A stretch of DNA of 64,000 bases. Source: the human T2T-CHM13v2.0 reference genome, Homo sapiens. This document shows, in pieces, positions 1 to 13,911 of this stretch (within the stretch, counting starts at the first letter, position 1; every line of letters starts with the position of its first letter). The notes under the pieces were generated by a model that was given only the letters and a program-made list of their open reading frames with translations, was not told the DNA's origin and made no database searches. The stretch lies in assembly GCF_009914755.1 (NCBI RefSeq), contig NC_060930.1, one strand, 5' to 3'. The translations under genes and the position numbers were made by a program.

Positions 1-954
1 TAGACACAATATGTATTAGCCATTATCACCTTTATCTCAGTGTTATATTGGCCACCACCCAGAGATACCCAGGAGCACACACATCACATTCTTTCTACAG
101 CAATATGTGGGCACGATTACTTCATGACCACTGAATCTAAAACAGCACAGCTTGGTAAGACACAGCGGTCGGATCCCACCTACTGCAACACCTCTAAGAG
201 GCGACCCTCACAAACCAGCCATGCTTAGCCTGAGACATTCCGAAGACCTCCTCTTGATTACCTTACTCGACGAACTTATTCCTTTGAAAATGGAACTAGC
301 CGCACTTTTGGACCAGTGTGCCTCGGATACACTTCCAAATGTGTCAACCTGAATCTCAGAAGTTGGCGTGATTTTAAAAAGTTTTTTAAGTTCTTTTTCC
401 TAAACATGTCCTAGTAGGTGACTCCACAGCATTACTTTCTTTCATGTTCTCTTTTCTATCTGGAAATCCGGTGATAGGGGACGAAACCAGCAAAGCACCC
501 TTTTTCTTGCTTCCCAAACGTTAGCAGGTAAGCGCCCCTTGAGCCGAGACACATCAAGAAGACCTCACCCGCAAGTTCATTGATCACCGGTTCTTTTCCC
601 TTTCCGGCACTAGGAGCTGCGAAGCACGACATGGGCTTGGAGGAAGAGACGCTGCGGTCACCTGAGGGGCAGGTGAGAGCGGGCGGTCCTGCCCGGGTGT
701 GAGCGCGACATCCCGCGCGGCACACACGCTCACAGCCCCCAGAGAAAGACCAGAGGCGCTCGATGTATCCCGCACACCCCACACGCAACACACTAACTGC
801 ACCGTACCTTCCGTCCCACCTCCCGGCAGCAGACCCCTTCCGGGACGCCGAGAGGGCTGTTCCTGGAGAGACCGCAGCCCACGAGTAGCGGCGCGTAGGG
901 AGAGCACGCGTGCCCAGGCTGCCTCGGCCGGCGCGCCCCCGCCCCCGCACTCAC
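1..954 (-). other. GMDS: GMDS intron 1 (5' portion)
   Basis: Follows the GTGAGT donor; no DGSYLAE exon 2 sequence is present in the window. Confidence 0.9.
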
Positions 955-1560
955 CTGGCCTGTGATACCGGTGATGAGCGCCACGTTCCTGGGCTTGCCC
1001 ATCTCGCCGTCCCCGGAGCCCCGGGCGCTGGGGCAGCGTGCCGGTGCGTGTGCCATGTCCCGCGGCGGGCGTGCGGTCGGCGGCAGGGCGGAGCGCGGCA
1101 GAGGGCAGGCGCGGTGCCGGCAGGAACGCGGGGGTGTGCAGCACGAAGCGCCTCTCCAGGCTGCGGGCAGGGAGGGAGAGCGCACCGCGCGACCGGCCGC
1201 CACAGTCTGACAGGGGCGCACGGGAGGCCGTGCAGGGAGGGCCGGGGGCGGGCCGAGCCGGCCAAGGCGGGCCCGACGGGCCAAGCAGCGGGGCTGCGGC
1301 CTGACTGGCGCAGCGTCATTCGCGTCAGCCGGCGACGCTGTAGCAGGCCCCGCCCCTCCGCCGACGGCCACCGCGCGGGAGGGGCGGGGCCTGCCGCCGC
1401 CACCGCCTCAGGGAAGAGGAAGGAGGCCGCGGCTTCGCGTCCCGCCTCTCGCCTGGCTGGCCGTGGGGGGCCTGGACGCAGTGGCCTCCCGAATCTCCCA
1501 GGACCCTAATATCGCCCGAGGATGCTGGGAGGAACGCTGAGCCGACCTCTCCGTTAGGCT
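500..1560. promoter_or_regulatory. CpG island / bidirectional promoter of GMDS and its divergent transcript
   Basis: Very GC- and CpG-rich against a CpG-depleted background. GC boxes at 1347-1356 and 1381-1390, CGTCA half-CRE sites at 1314-1318 and 1323-1327, no obvious TATA box. Confidence 0.93.
955..1056 (-). CDS. GMDS: GDP-mannose 4,6-dehydratase, coding part of exon 1 (34 codons); the gene continues leftward beyond the window
   Basis: The minus strand from the ATG at 1056 reads [34 protein letters not shown], the human GMDS N-terminus with the start of the Rossmann GxxGxxG motif ([12 protein letters not shown]). It ends at a canonical phase-0 donor, CAG|GTGAGT (GT at 954-953). Start context gggacATGg. 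Confidence 0.97.
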
Positions 1561-2576
1561 GAAGGTCTGAATTTTCAAACCCAGGGGTCACAGGGCCGGG
1601 GTCATGGACTTTGATAAATAATTCCTGGAAACCTGTTGCAGTGCCCTTTGAGAAGCCCGGTTTATGGTACCTGAAGGGCAGTAGCGTACAAGGCCCGTAA
1701 ACGGGGGTCACAGATGTGGGAGTGACTAACTAGGCTGGCTCTCGCTCTTCTGGCCTTTCCTGAGGCTCGGAACCAGTAACGAGGTTCCAAATAGCTGAAT
1801 TCAAAGTTTTCTCTTCTGAGGACTGCCAGTGCACAAGAAAGTCCCTAGCCCCACCCGTATGCGGCATAAGGAAATGTTGAAAAGACTGCCCGGGTCAATA
1901 AACCTGGACGTGGCAGATTTCAAAGAAAGTAATTCAAACACAGGTGGGGTCCCGGCTTACATCTGTTGGATTTGGCTGCCATTTGGCAGCTGCTCGTTGG
2001 ACAGGGAGAGGAGAGGAGGTGACTCAGAGCCGGGAGGGCAGCAGGTGTGTGTGCCTAAGCAGTTGGCTGCAATCCAGGACACAGACGGAAACTTCCCGGT
2101 CTCCGTTGCTCTGCTTCTCTGTCCACATTCCTCTCCCTAATCGATAACTTCAGATCATCATTTCAAATCACAGAGTTACTAGGGCTGTGCCCAATATAAC
2201 GTGCAAGAGTATGTATAGCAGACCTGGAACCCCAAAATCAGAAAAGCTCAGGATTACATTTAAAACCTCCCTCTCGCGCTCCTCGAGGTCCGTTAGGAAT
2301 ATTTCTTAGCTATAGATAGACTGGTCTGGTTTCACACCTGGCCTCTCCTCTGCGTTCTATGAGGAGAATGGCTCAACAAACATCTGATGGTGCCTCTGAG
2401 TGATGAAGAGACCCTGAAGCTGAGGAGAGGGAACACTTCCATTGAGAGGAACATGCTATAAGCTAGAAATGTCTGTGAAATATACGGGAATATGCTAAAA
2501 CTATACTCATTTTCATGTAAATACGCTTTAAATTAATGCATGAGCCAATTATTTAACATTTTCCTTAAAAAAATCA

Positions 2577-2905
<329 letters not shown>

Positions 2906-3164
2906 TTATGGGAGATATGACACATTTATCCTGTAGTTTTGAGACCTCCTATCACACAAACACTGGAAGTTGACACCAGTCAATTTCCTGTCACACCACC
3001 AAACACCTGCCCTAGAAGTGTGTGACAGTAGAAGAAAAATGGAAAAAAAATCAACATTATTAGGGCCTGAAAATATTTATAAAATGATGGGAAATGGTAG
3101 GTCAGAGGAAGCTTGAAGAATAAAGGCTATTTCTCTAGAGAACTTTTCTGAAGACAGGTGGTAG

Positions 3165-3490
3165 GTCTGCTACAGCAACGTACCATCCATAGGGTGACAA
3201 ACGATAGAAATTTATTTCCTCACAGTTCTGGAGACTGGAAGTTTAGGATCAAGGGCTGATTTCTTCTGAGGCCTCTCTCCTTTTCTTGTAGCTGGCTGTC
3301 TTCATGTTCACATGGCGTTCTCTCTGTATGTGTGTCTGTGTCCAAACTTCCTGTTCTTATAAGAACACCAGTTACATTTGATTAGGACCCTCTTTAATGA
3401 CCTTATTTCCAAATACAGTCACATTTTGAGCTACTAAGAGTTAAGACATCAATATATTAATTGGGGGAGGGACAAAATTCAACCCATGAT
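3165..3490 (-). mobile_element. MLT1 (B/C-like) MaLR LTR
   Basis: TTTATTTCCTCACAGTTCTGGAGACTGGAAG and terminal GGACAAAATTCAACCCAT match the reverse of the MLT1 consensus. Confidence 0.8.
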
Positions 3491-3718
3491 TGACAGCTAG
3501 AGGGAAAAAGAGGTTCTTTTTTTTAACTGTTTGTGGGCTCGGAGGGAGGAGGTTGGTAGTGGAGGTTGTTGTCATTTTCCCAGTAGCATTAGGGCAACTT
3601 GAACAACGTCAGCACAGGGTCTGGGGCAGCATAAGAAGATTACATTAACTAGAAGTAAAGCGACCAGCGGTAGTGGAAAGCTCTAAGGGTGATGGCTCAG
3701 TTGTGTTTTCCTCTAACA

Positions 3719-3925
3719 CAGTTCTCATCCCTGGGTGATTTTGCCCCCAGGGGACATTTGACAATGTCTGGAGGCATTTTTGATTGTCACAAATGGAGTT
3801 GTGCTATAGGTATCTAATGAGTAGAGGTTAAGTATTTTGCTCACCATCTGCAGTGCACAGGAAGCTCCCACAACAAAGATTTTTCTAGCCCAAAATGTCA
3901 ATAGTGCTGAGGCTGAGTAACCCTT
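3719..3925. mobile_element. MER20 (hAT-Charlie) DNA transposon
   Basis: GGTGATTTTGCCCCCAGGGGACATTTGACAATGTCTGGAG ... GCCCAAAATGTCAATAGTGCTGAGGCTGAG is the MER20 signature. Confidence 0.9.
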
Positions 3926-4470
3926 CTCCAGGAGGCCAGTGAAAGATGTTAACAAGCGGGTGGTTGAACTGACAGACACTGGCTATACTATACAGTGACT
4001 TCATGGTATGTCAGAAGAAGCAAATACATTTGGTAGCTAATTGTTGATGCTGATACCTTTACTCACAAACTTGGCTAATCTCCAGAAACATACTAGCTGC
4101 TGAGGGTATAGCAGTAGAGGAGAAATAATCTTCAAGGGGCTATAATCTGAAAGGGATATGATATTGAATCATTTTATGACTTTTCATAACATTTTCATAT
4201 TTGTTTTAATATGATACAAAATATAGAGAAAAGAGTGAGGCCTCCAACTCCAAGTCCTCTAATTGGATAAAAGTCAATCATTCTGTACAAGACTAAATAT
4301 GTGGAATAACATTTTTCACTTCTTTCTTTCCCATCTCTTGCCACTGAGTGCATGCCAGTTATTCAAGAACGATTCTCCAGCATTCCCTTTAAAATTCTCT
4401 CTCCTCTCCTTTTTTAAACATTTCTTTCCTTTGCTTTTCACATGGAACATTTGCTGATCTTCTTTCTCAG

Positions 4471-4560
4471 ATTGCACAAACCATGCTAATGGCCAGCATG
4501 GATGGAGGGAGCGTGTGAGATGTGTGGGGCAGCGTGCTGCATCTCAGCCAACTCCAGGAG
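4471..4560 (+). ncRNA. Candidate 90-nt internal exon of the divergent lncRNA
   Basis: Branch-like GCTGAT, then pyrimidine tract CTTCTTTCT and CAG| at 4468-4470; consensus donor GAG|GTAAGT at 4561; lies in non-repeat sequence. Confidence 0.6.
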
Positions 4561-4574
4561 GTAAGTGCGTCTGC

Positions 4575-5420
4575 TGTGGTGAAATCTATATTTGGTCTTC
4601 ATTTCTGTTTTCCTGGCATATGATTTCTAAAATGCTTAGAATCACCAAAGCGATGTATTTTGTAGGGTAATGAGTGAGTTCACTGTTGGCTGGCAGCCCT
4701 TAGGTGGCTTCAGGGTGGAAACTGGTCATTGTAAAGACCAATGCAGGATTAGAGGGCTGGGACTTTCAGCCCCATCCCCTAACCTCCAGGGAGGAGAGAG
4801 AAGCTGATGGTTAAGTTGATCACCAACGGCCAACGATTTAATCAATCATGCCGACATAATGAAGCCTCCATAAAAACCCAAAAAGGACTGTGTGCAGAGA
4901 GTTCTAGATAGTTGAACACGTGGAGGTACATGGAGGGTGACGCTTCAGGGTGGGCACCAAAGCTCCAAGCTCCTCCTATTCCTTGCCCTGTACATCTCCT
5001 CATCTGCATCCTTTGTCATATACTTTGTCATACCAGTAAACTGGTAATCCTGAGTAAGAGATTCCCTGAGTTCCGTGAGCCACTCTTTCAGATTAATAAA
5101 CCTAAGAAGGGGGTCACGTGAAGCCCACTTTTTGGCCAGTCAGAAGCACAGGTAGAATAACCTGGGGCTTGCAATTGGCATCAGAAGTTGGCGGGGGCAC
5201 AGTATTGGGGACTGAGCCCTTGACCTGTGGGATCTGATGCTATCTCCAAGGAGACAGTGTCAGAGTTGAATGGAATTGAAGGGCACCCAGCTGGTGTGCC
5301 CTATAGAATTGATTGCCTGCTTGTGGGTGGGAAGAAATCCCATGCATACTTGGTCACAGAAGTCTTCTCTGTTGATTGGTGTTTTGTTAGAGCAGGGGAA
5401 AAACAATTTGAGTTTGTCCA
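4575..5420 (+). mobile_element. MER21-family LTR
   Basis: GGGACTTTCAGCCCCATCCCCTAACCTCCAGGGAGG ... GATTTAATCAATCATGCC ... AATGAAGCCTCCATAAAAACCC. Confidence 0.82.
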
Positions 5421-6124
5421 CACTCAGTATGATAATGATCTTTATTTCATAGAGTCAGAAACTGAGGATTGGAAACATTAATAAACTCGCCCAAGGCCAC
5501 ATAGCTAGTGGCTGGTTATGGTAGATATTATGCTCATTCAACTCCCATTCCATACTCTCTTTGGAAAAATTAGAGTGCTCAAAGCCACATGTCCCAGACC
5601 ATTTTGCATCTCATATATAGGAAGCAAATTGAGCTTTGTCAATTAGATGCGTTCCTGCTCAATCTGGCAGGTGGAAGTGAAACAGAAGCCATCCTTCTGC
5701 TTTCTGGTCCAACTGACATGAGGATTAACGGCAGTTAGAGTCCAAGTTTGGGTCTAGTCACCGTTTTCATGGGCATGAGAGCCACTTGGGTTGGGGGAGC
5801 AGCATGGCAGCAGGAGTGGTTTTCTGAATTCTGGCCTTCAGCTATGGTGGTAATGTCCTGACATCAACAACTGAAGGCCCTCCGAGTTCTCTTCCTCTGT
5901 CTCATAAATATTTTTTTCAACTAATAATTGTAGATTCAAATGTATTTTTAAGAAATACAGTGAGTGACATGGTCATGTCTTCAAATACTATAGAGCAATA
6001 GCACAAGCAGCATATTGGCGTTGATAGAATTCACCAATCTCATTCAGATTTCCTCAGTTTTTGTACTCATTTGTGCAAGAGTATGTGTATTTACTTGTGT
6101 ACCGTTTGGTTTGGTTTGTTTTGC

Positions 6125-6530
6125 CTGAGACAAGGTCTCACTCTGTCATCCAGACTCACTTGCAGCCTCAACCTCCTGGGCTCAAGCCGTCCTCCTGCCT
6201 CAGCCTTCTATATAGCTGGGACCACAGGTACACACCACCATGGCCAGCTAATTTGCTTATTTTTAGTAGAAACGAGGTCTCACTTTTGCCAAGGCTGGTC
6301 TTCAGCTCCTGGGCTCAATTGATCCTCCCTCCTTGGCCACCCACAGAGCTGGGATTACAGGTATGAGCCACCATGCCCAGCTATTTTTTTAATTTATTTA
6401 TTTTGAGTAGAGACAGGAGTCTCACTTTGTTGCCCAGACTGGTCTTGAACTCTTGGGCTCAAGCAATCCTCCTGCCTTGGCCTCTCCCACAGGGCTGGGA
6501 TTACAGGCATGAGCCACCATGTGTGGCCTA
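6125..6530 (-). mobile_element. AluJ (internally deleted) plus an adjacent extra left monomer/FLAM_C
   Basis: Alu reverse complement at 6125-6381, then a second left arm at 6385-6530; J-type CTCCTGGGCTCAA. Confidence 0.9.
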
Positions 6531-6720
6531 CTTCTATACAGTTTTATTGCATGTATATATTCATGCATCCACCACCGCCATCAAGATTCCAAAACCACCA
6601 GGACACCTCATGTTACCCCTTTATAACTGCACCACCTCCCTCCCACCCCCATCCCTAATCCTTTGAAAACACAAATCTGTCCTCTATTTTTAAAATTTTG
6701 TCATTTCAAAATGTATCATA

Positions 6721-6996
6721 GGCTGAGTGGAATGGTTCACGCCTGTAATCCCAGCACTTTGGGAGATAAAGTCTGGAGAATTGCTTGAACCCAGGAGTTT
6801 GAGACCAGCCTGAGCAATATAGCGAGACCTTAGCTCAACAAAAAATAAAAACTAGCCAGGCAGGGTGGCACGTGCCTCTGGTCCCAGCTACTGGGGATGC
6901 TGGGACCTCATTTGACCCCAGGAAATTGAGGCTGCAATGAGCCATGATCGCACCACTGCACTCCAGCCTGAGTGACAGAGCAAGACCTTGTCTCAA
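6721..6996 (+). mobile_element. AluJ
   Basis: GGCTGAGTGGAATGGTTCACGCCTGTAATCCCAGC ... GAGCAAGACCTTGTCTC; tail eroded. Confidence 0.92.
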
Positions 6997-7099
6997 TTTT
7001 TTTTAAGCATTATAAATGAATAATCTTTTGAAATGTGCTTTTGTCATTCAAGTTTTCTGGAGAGTCATCATCCAAGATGTTGTGTGTATGGATAGTTTG

Positions 7100-7410
<311 letters not shown>

Positions 7411-8155
7411 TCATTAATTTTTTTGTTGAGTAGTATTCCATAGTATGGCAGTACAATCGCTGGTTTAACTATTCACTTACTGAAGGATATCTCAGCTGTT
7501 TCCAGTTTGGGACCACTACAAATAAAGCCGCTGTGAACATTCATGTACAGGTTTTTGTGTGAACACACATTTTCACTTTGCCCAAGAGTGCAATTGCTGG
7601 GTCCCGTGATCATTGCATGTTTAGTTTTTTTTTTTTTTTTTAGACTGCCAGATTTTTTTCTTGCAAGGATTTTGTAAATACAGAATTTCCTGTATTAAAT
7701 CCCTTTCTACTTGAGATCCCTATAGTGGCTTCTGTGTCCAGCTCTAACCCTTGGCTGACATGGCTCAAACTTCAGACCCAGTGCTCTTAACCAAGACTGG
7801 AAGACCAAAGAGATGACCTCCTGAGTGCATGAAAATGAATGAGAGAGAAGGGTCGGGGCAACAGAAAGCATCCAGTAGAGAAGGAGAAGTAGAGACCATT
7901 TCTTTTTTTTTTTTTTTTTTTTTTTTTACTTTCCCTGAACTTCAACTTCAAGATTTATACCAGTTTTCCAGTTCAGGTAATAAGCAGAATAGAAGCACTG
8001 GATTTTTAAATAAAATCTGAGACAATCCAACTTTGTTGGACATGAGACAACTTAGATCCCTGCTTTTCCACTGGAATAAAATACATCGCATAAATCTTTC
8101 TTAGAATGCACAGCAGAAGCAGCAGGGTTTTAGAAGCAGAGTTAAAAGGCAATGA

Positions 8156-8469
<314 letters not shown>

Positions 8470-8770
8470 AATAGCTCTAAAATTTCTAGGAAGTTCCTGA
8501 AATCTGCCACCTCAACTTTGGAATATACCATCCTACAAATGAAATCAGACTACAGCAAGTTTTTTGAATGATGTATTTAGAAAAGGAAAAATAAATGTGT
8601 TCAAAATAATTGAACACATTTATTTTTTTTCTCTTACATCCTCACTCATACAATTTCCCATCAGATAGCTGTCTTCAGGCAAATGAGTATTACAAGTATG
8701 AGTTCTGGGCCACGTATATACCTTATCTACAGCAGGCTATGTATGTAAGCCTAAGTCACTTTGTCTCTAG

Positions 8771-9035
<265 letters not shown>

Positions 9036-10549
9036 TACTCCTCTGTTTTTTAATTTTTCTTTTTTCTTTTTTTTTTTTCTTTTGACCAATAGTCTTCAAG
9101 CTAGAAAACTTCATTGGGGACATTTTATTGGGAAGGTTTTCCACTCTAATAATCTCAATTTCTCAATGCGCTAAAACCCAGGGAGCAGAGCCTTGGAATC
9201 ATTGCTATACTGTCTAATTAGAACCTCCTCTCAAGGAGCACAGCATTGCTTTTCCATTAGCAGCATCAAACCCAGAGAGGAAAAGCATGTGAAGGTTTAA
9301 GTTGTCCATGGAGCTTATTTTCAGCATTTTCCCCTCAGGATTTGAGAACATGCCTATGCCCACTCCTCCCTTTGTGACATTTCTTAAAGCCTTGCTCAAT
9401 AAAAGTGAATCTCTAATAACATAAAACACTAGAGATGAAGTAATACATTGTTCTTTAAAATAGATGAGGTAATAAAACACCATTGACTGCTATGGAAATT
9501 TTCCAGTTCCTGGTTACTAGTCTGATTCTTATAATGTGTCAAAATTGCCTCAAGGTTAAGATATTGGTCTTATTGCTAATTCTAAGCACTGTAATGCCAG
9601 AGAAACCTTACCATTTTGTACTAATATGTTTAACATGTTCAAGATGCTGTCATAAATCTCAGGCTCCTCATGGCTCAGTCCACTTCAACTAGTAATGGCT
9701 TCCAGTCATTTTTGATGACTGGTAAAGGGTTGGCTAAGGGCCTAATCTGCATAATGAGAATGCTAGGACTATAAAGGCAAGCGTCACGAATCCTATGCAA
9801 TAGAGAATTTGCTAGACTTTCTGGGAAAGAGAACTTTGATCCTAATGAATTTTTTTAAATGGCCCCCTCATTCCCACTAAGAGAGATCTTTCATCAACCT
9901 CCAGGAGGCATGCCTTGGGAAACTCGCCCTAGGATAGAAGAGTGCTGAAGAGTATCTGGGCTCTGTCCTGGATTGTGTCCTAAATGTTAGTGAGAAGACC
10001 CATTTTTGACTTGACATTGGATAGGATCACTAAATAATCCTGACATGCAACTCTGGGGTAATTTGTTCCATGTTCTCAAGCAAACTAAGTCTTAAAAAAG
10101 CAAGCTGCTCCTTTGGGAACCTCACCAAAAAGCAGTAAGCGCTAGTGAAGATGGAACCTTCAGCAGCCAGTGAGCAGTGGAGATAGTTGTGGCAAAATCA
10201 GTATCAGCTGGGATCCTGGCAAAATTACCATGGCTTCAAATCATCATGACAGATACTATGGCTTGGCTCCCAACAGAAGGAGCATTCAGCCAAGTAAAGT
10301 GTTCAGTGAAAACGCCAGGGAGTTAATCCTGATTCGTCTAAAGCCATCATGTTAGTTCCATTCCCCTTGTCAAAGAAGGACTTAGGCATAGCCATGTTAT
10401 GCAACCCTAGCCCCTGAGATGAAATAAGTGGAATTATTCTGCCATTGAGTCCCTCCTGCCCACCTCCTATAGGTGATATCCTCAGGTTAGTGTTGAAGGC
10501 ATTCAGCCTTTCCTGTATGAGATCCATCCAGATCCTGCCTGATGGCAGC

Positions 10550-12150
10550 CCATCGTTCTATGGGTAATTAGGACGGGGCTCTGCTGGGCAGTTATTCTGC
10601 TCCTTGTGACATTAACTGGAGTTACTCAGTGGTATTCAGATGGTGGCTGGAGAGTTCATTAACTCTTCCCTCACAGTCTCGTGCCTTGACAGGGAAGTCT
10701 GGAAAGCAGGGCTCAGATAGAATCTAAGTGGCCAGGCCTCTCTCTCCCTGGCCTCTCTATGGCCTCTCCACATGGTCCCTTCAGTGTGGGAGACAGCTTA
10801 CATGGTGAGTCAGTACTACCAAGTATAGGGTTCTAAAAGACTGAGGAAAAAACTGCAAGACTCCTTATGACTTAGCCTTGAAGTCTCAGAACATCACTTC
10901 TTCTCACATTCTACTAGACAAAGTAAGACACAAGACCAGTCCAACTCAACAGGAAGGAATTAGATTCCACATCTCAATCTAAGGAGCAGCACAAATATGC
11001 AGAGAGGAAAGGAATTGATTGTGGCCCTCTTTGAAAACTATCTCAGGCCATCCTTGGGCCACTTCAATTCATAGCTCTTCCTTATGCAAAATACACTCAC
11101 CTCTTGCATTTGTTTTCTATGCTGCGTAACAAATTACTACAAACATAGCAGCCTTAAGTAATACACATTTATTATCTTAGTTTCTGTGGGGCAGGAGCCT
11201 GGGCATGACTCAGCTAGGTCCTCTGCTCAGGGTCTCATGTGACTGCAGTCAAGGTGTCAGATGAGCTATATTCTCATCTGGAGGCTTGACAGGGGAAGAG
11301 CCTACTTCCAAGTTCATTAGGTTGGTGGTAGAATTCACTCCATTGTGGATGTATGACTGAGGACCCTGGCTTTTTGCTAGCCATCAGAAGAGGCCAGTCT
11401 TGGGTCCTAGAGACCACCTGTGGCTCCTTACAATGTGGGCTTTCTCAACATGGCTACTTACTGCATGAAGCCAGCAAAAAGAATCTCCCAGTCCAGTATG
11501 CTAAGACAGAGCCTTGTATAACATAAGTCCCACCCTCACTCAAGGGGAGGGGAATGTTAAGAAGACATAAACAACAAGAGGTGAAAATTATTGACCGTAG
11601 GACCTGTCCATCACATTCCCTTTTTGGAGGCCCCAAATTTGATGGTTTAATTAAAGAAAAAAAAATGTTATTATCTCTTGTGGTTCTATGTGTTGGCTGA
11701 GCTCAGATCGGAAGTTGTTACTTGGGATTGTGATTCCGGTTGCAGTCAGATGGCATCTGGAGCTGGGATCCTCTGAAGGTTTGATTGGGTTAGAAGTTCA
11801 AAATGGCTTCGTCATGCACATGTCTCTTGCCTGGGTTAAGATGACGAGAATGCGAGGGCCTGGCTGAGCATTTCTTTCTCTCCACGAAGCCCTCTCCGTG
11901 TGGCTGGCCTGGGCTTTCTCACAGTGTGGGAGTCTGAGTGGTGGGACTTACACGTGGTAGTTCACTTCACAAAAGTAAACATTACAACAGTCCTAGGAGG
12001 AAGCTGCAAGGCTTTGGATGGTCTGGACTCAGCAGTCATGCAGTGTGTCTTCTGTCACATTCTATTAGTCAAAAGCAAGTCACAAGGCCAGCCCAGATTC
12101 AAGGGGTGAATCATAGGAGGCACAGCTCATTGGGGGAGCTATTTGTGAAG
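10550..12150 (-). mobile_element. Cluster of three old MLT1 LTRs (H-like ~10550-11060, E/F-like ~11105-11615, G/H-like ~11630-12150)
   Basis: MLT1 antisense motifs: TTTTCTATGCTGCGTAACAAATTAC, TTATTATCTTAGTTTCTGTGGG, CACATTCTATTAGTCAAAAGCAAGTCACAAGGCCAGCCCAGATTCAAGGGG. Confidence 0.75.
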
Positions 12151-12357
12151 ACTATTAAATATATCGACTTGGAAAAGCAACGTAATTACTATGTATGGTT
12201 TCTAAAACTACCTCCCACAAGAACATCACCTAGATTTATATCCAGATTCCATGTACAAATTTTGACTGAGCAACTAATGCCATGTTGGTGCATTATACAA
12301 TAAAGCCAGGCATCAAACGTGCATAGTCACATGGTCACAATGAAAGTTATGTTCCTA

Positions 12358-12726
<369 letters not shown>

Positions 12727-13335
12727 TCAGAGTTCATCACAACCGAGTATGCTGGGCTAGAAAGGGCTTTCCTTCCTGAAAAGAGATGGGCAAAGACAAA
12801 CTTCGCTTTCTGGTTGTGGGGGTTGTTCTGTAGGTATGATGCCTGGAGTTATACCGAATATCCTATGACTATGAAGGGAAAGTCAAAAATTGTACAAAAG
12901 CAACTCAGAATCCTGACATAATTGAGCTGCGATAGTAACCAACCCTGAAACTTCTTACCTTTAGATTTCTATGTGAGACAGTACATTCCTTATTTTTTAA
13001 ATCACCTTAACTGGATTTTCTGTTCCTTGCAACTCAATACATTTTTTGTTTTAGCCAACTCATCTAAACTAATTTTGATCAATTTATTTTTATTGCTACA
13101 TCTCTCTAGACCACTAAGTAGTGAAGAAGAAAGGAGCCTGGAGCCACAGTAGAAGAACTTTAATGGCCACTAAGAACATACAATCATCTGGCACCCTGCC
13201 AGGGAAATTTGGGGCCTTTGGAGCTTAATGCTTGGAAAACCACACCCTTAATTTTCCTTCCTTATTCCAAGTGGACTGAGAGAACAAGCTTATGTTTTGT
13301 TCCTTAGAATTTTTTTTTTTTTTTTTTTTTTTTTA

Positions 13336-13701
13336 CCCATCTGACCCTTAAACATTGCTATGGTTTGAAAGTGATGCCTCCAAAATTCATGCAACAGAAT
13401 TGGGAGGTGTGGACTAACGGGATGTCTGTAAGTCATGAGGGCTTTGCCCTCATGAATGGATTAATGCTGCTATGAAAAGGGCTTGTGGAAGTGGGCTTTC
13501 TCTCTCTCGCTCTCTCTTCTACTCTTCTGCCATGTGAGGACACAGTGTTCCCCCTTGCTGGAGAATGCAGCAATGATGCACCATCTTGGAACCAGAGACT
13601 AAATATGCTGGCACCTTAATCTTGGACTTCCCAGTGTCCAGAACTATGAGAAATAAGTTTCTGTTCTTTAACATTTCCTAGTCTGTGGTATTCTGTTATA
13701 G

Positions 13702-13746
<45 letters not shown>

Positions 13747-13755
13747 GACTGATAA
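13336..13755 (+). mobile_element. MST (MSTC/D-like) MaLR LTR
   Basis: TGCTATGGTTTGAA ... CTCATGAATGGATTAATG ... ATCTTGGACTTCCCAG ... TATTCTGTTATAGCAGCAC. Confidence 0.8.
13705..13744 (+). repeat. (CA)20 microsatellite inside the LTR 3' end
   Basis: Direct count of the perfect dinucleotide run. Confidence 0.98.
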
Positions 13756-13911
13756 TCATTCTTCCCTTTTCTAACCCTAGCTTAATGTGGAAAAACCAAG
13801 TTTATATTTTAGGGGATTTATCCATACTTACCCAAAACCTTGTGTCATCTCCATCTGTTCCACTGGTTATTACCAAACTGAGAATTAGTCAATTGACCTT
13901 TTGTGCAGGAG

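Noticed and set aside
456-1711. Many overlapping 80-200 aa ORFs on both strands, including the 192-aa frame (793-1371) that contains GMDS exon 1
   Set aside because: Stops are scarce in a CpG island; products are Ala/Arg/Gly/Pro-rich and mostly lack ATG starts. Only 955-1056 matches a real protein, and the frame beyond 955 is intron read-through.
1975-2026. Small palindrome GCTGCCA-TT-TGGCAGC and an AP-1 site TGACTCA (2020-2026) downstream of the island
   Set aside because: Short motifs like these are expected by chance in 64 kb; they could be part of a proximal enhancer but sequence alone cannot support it.
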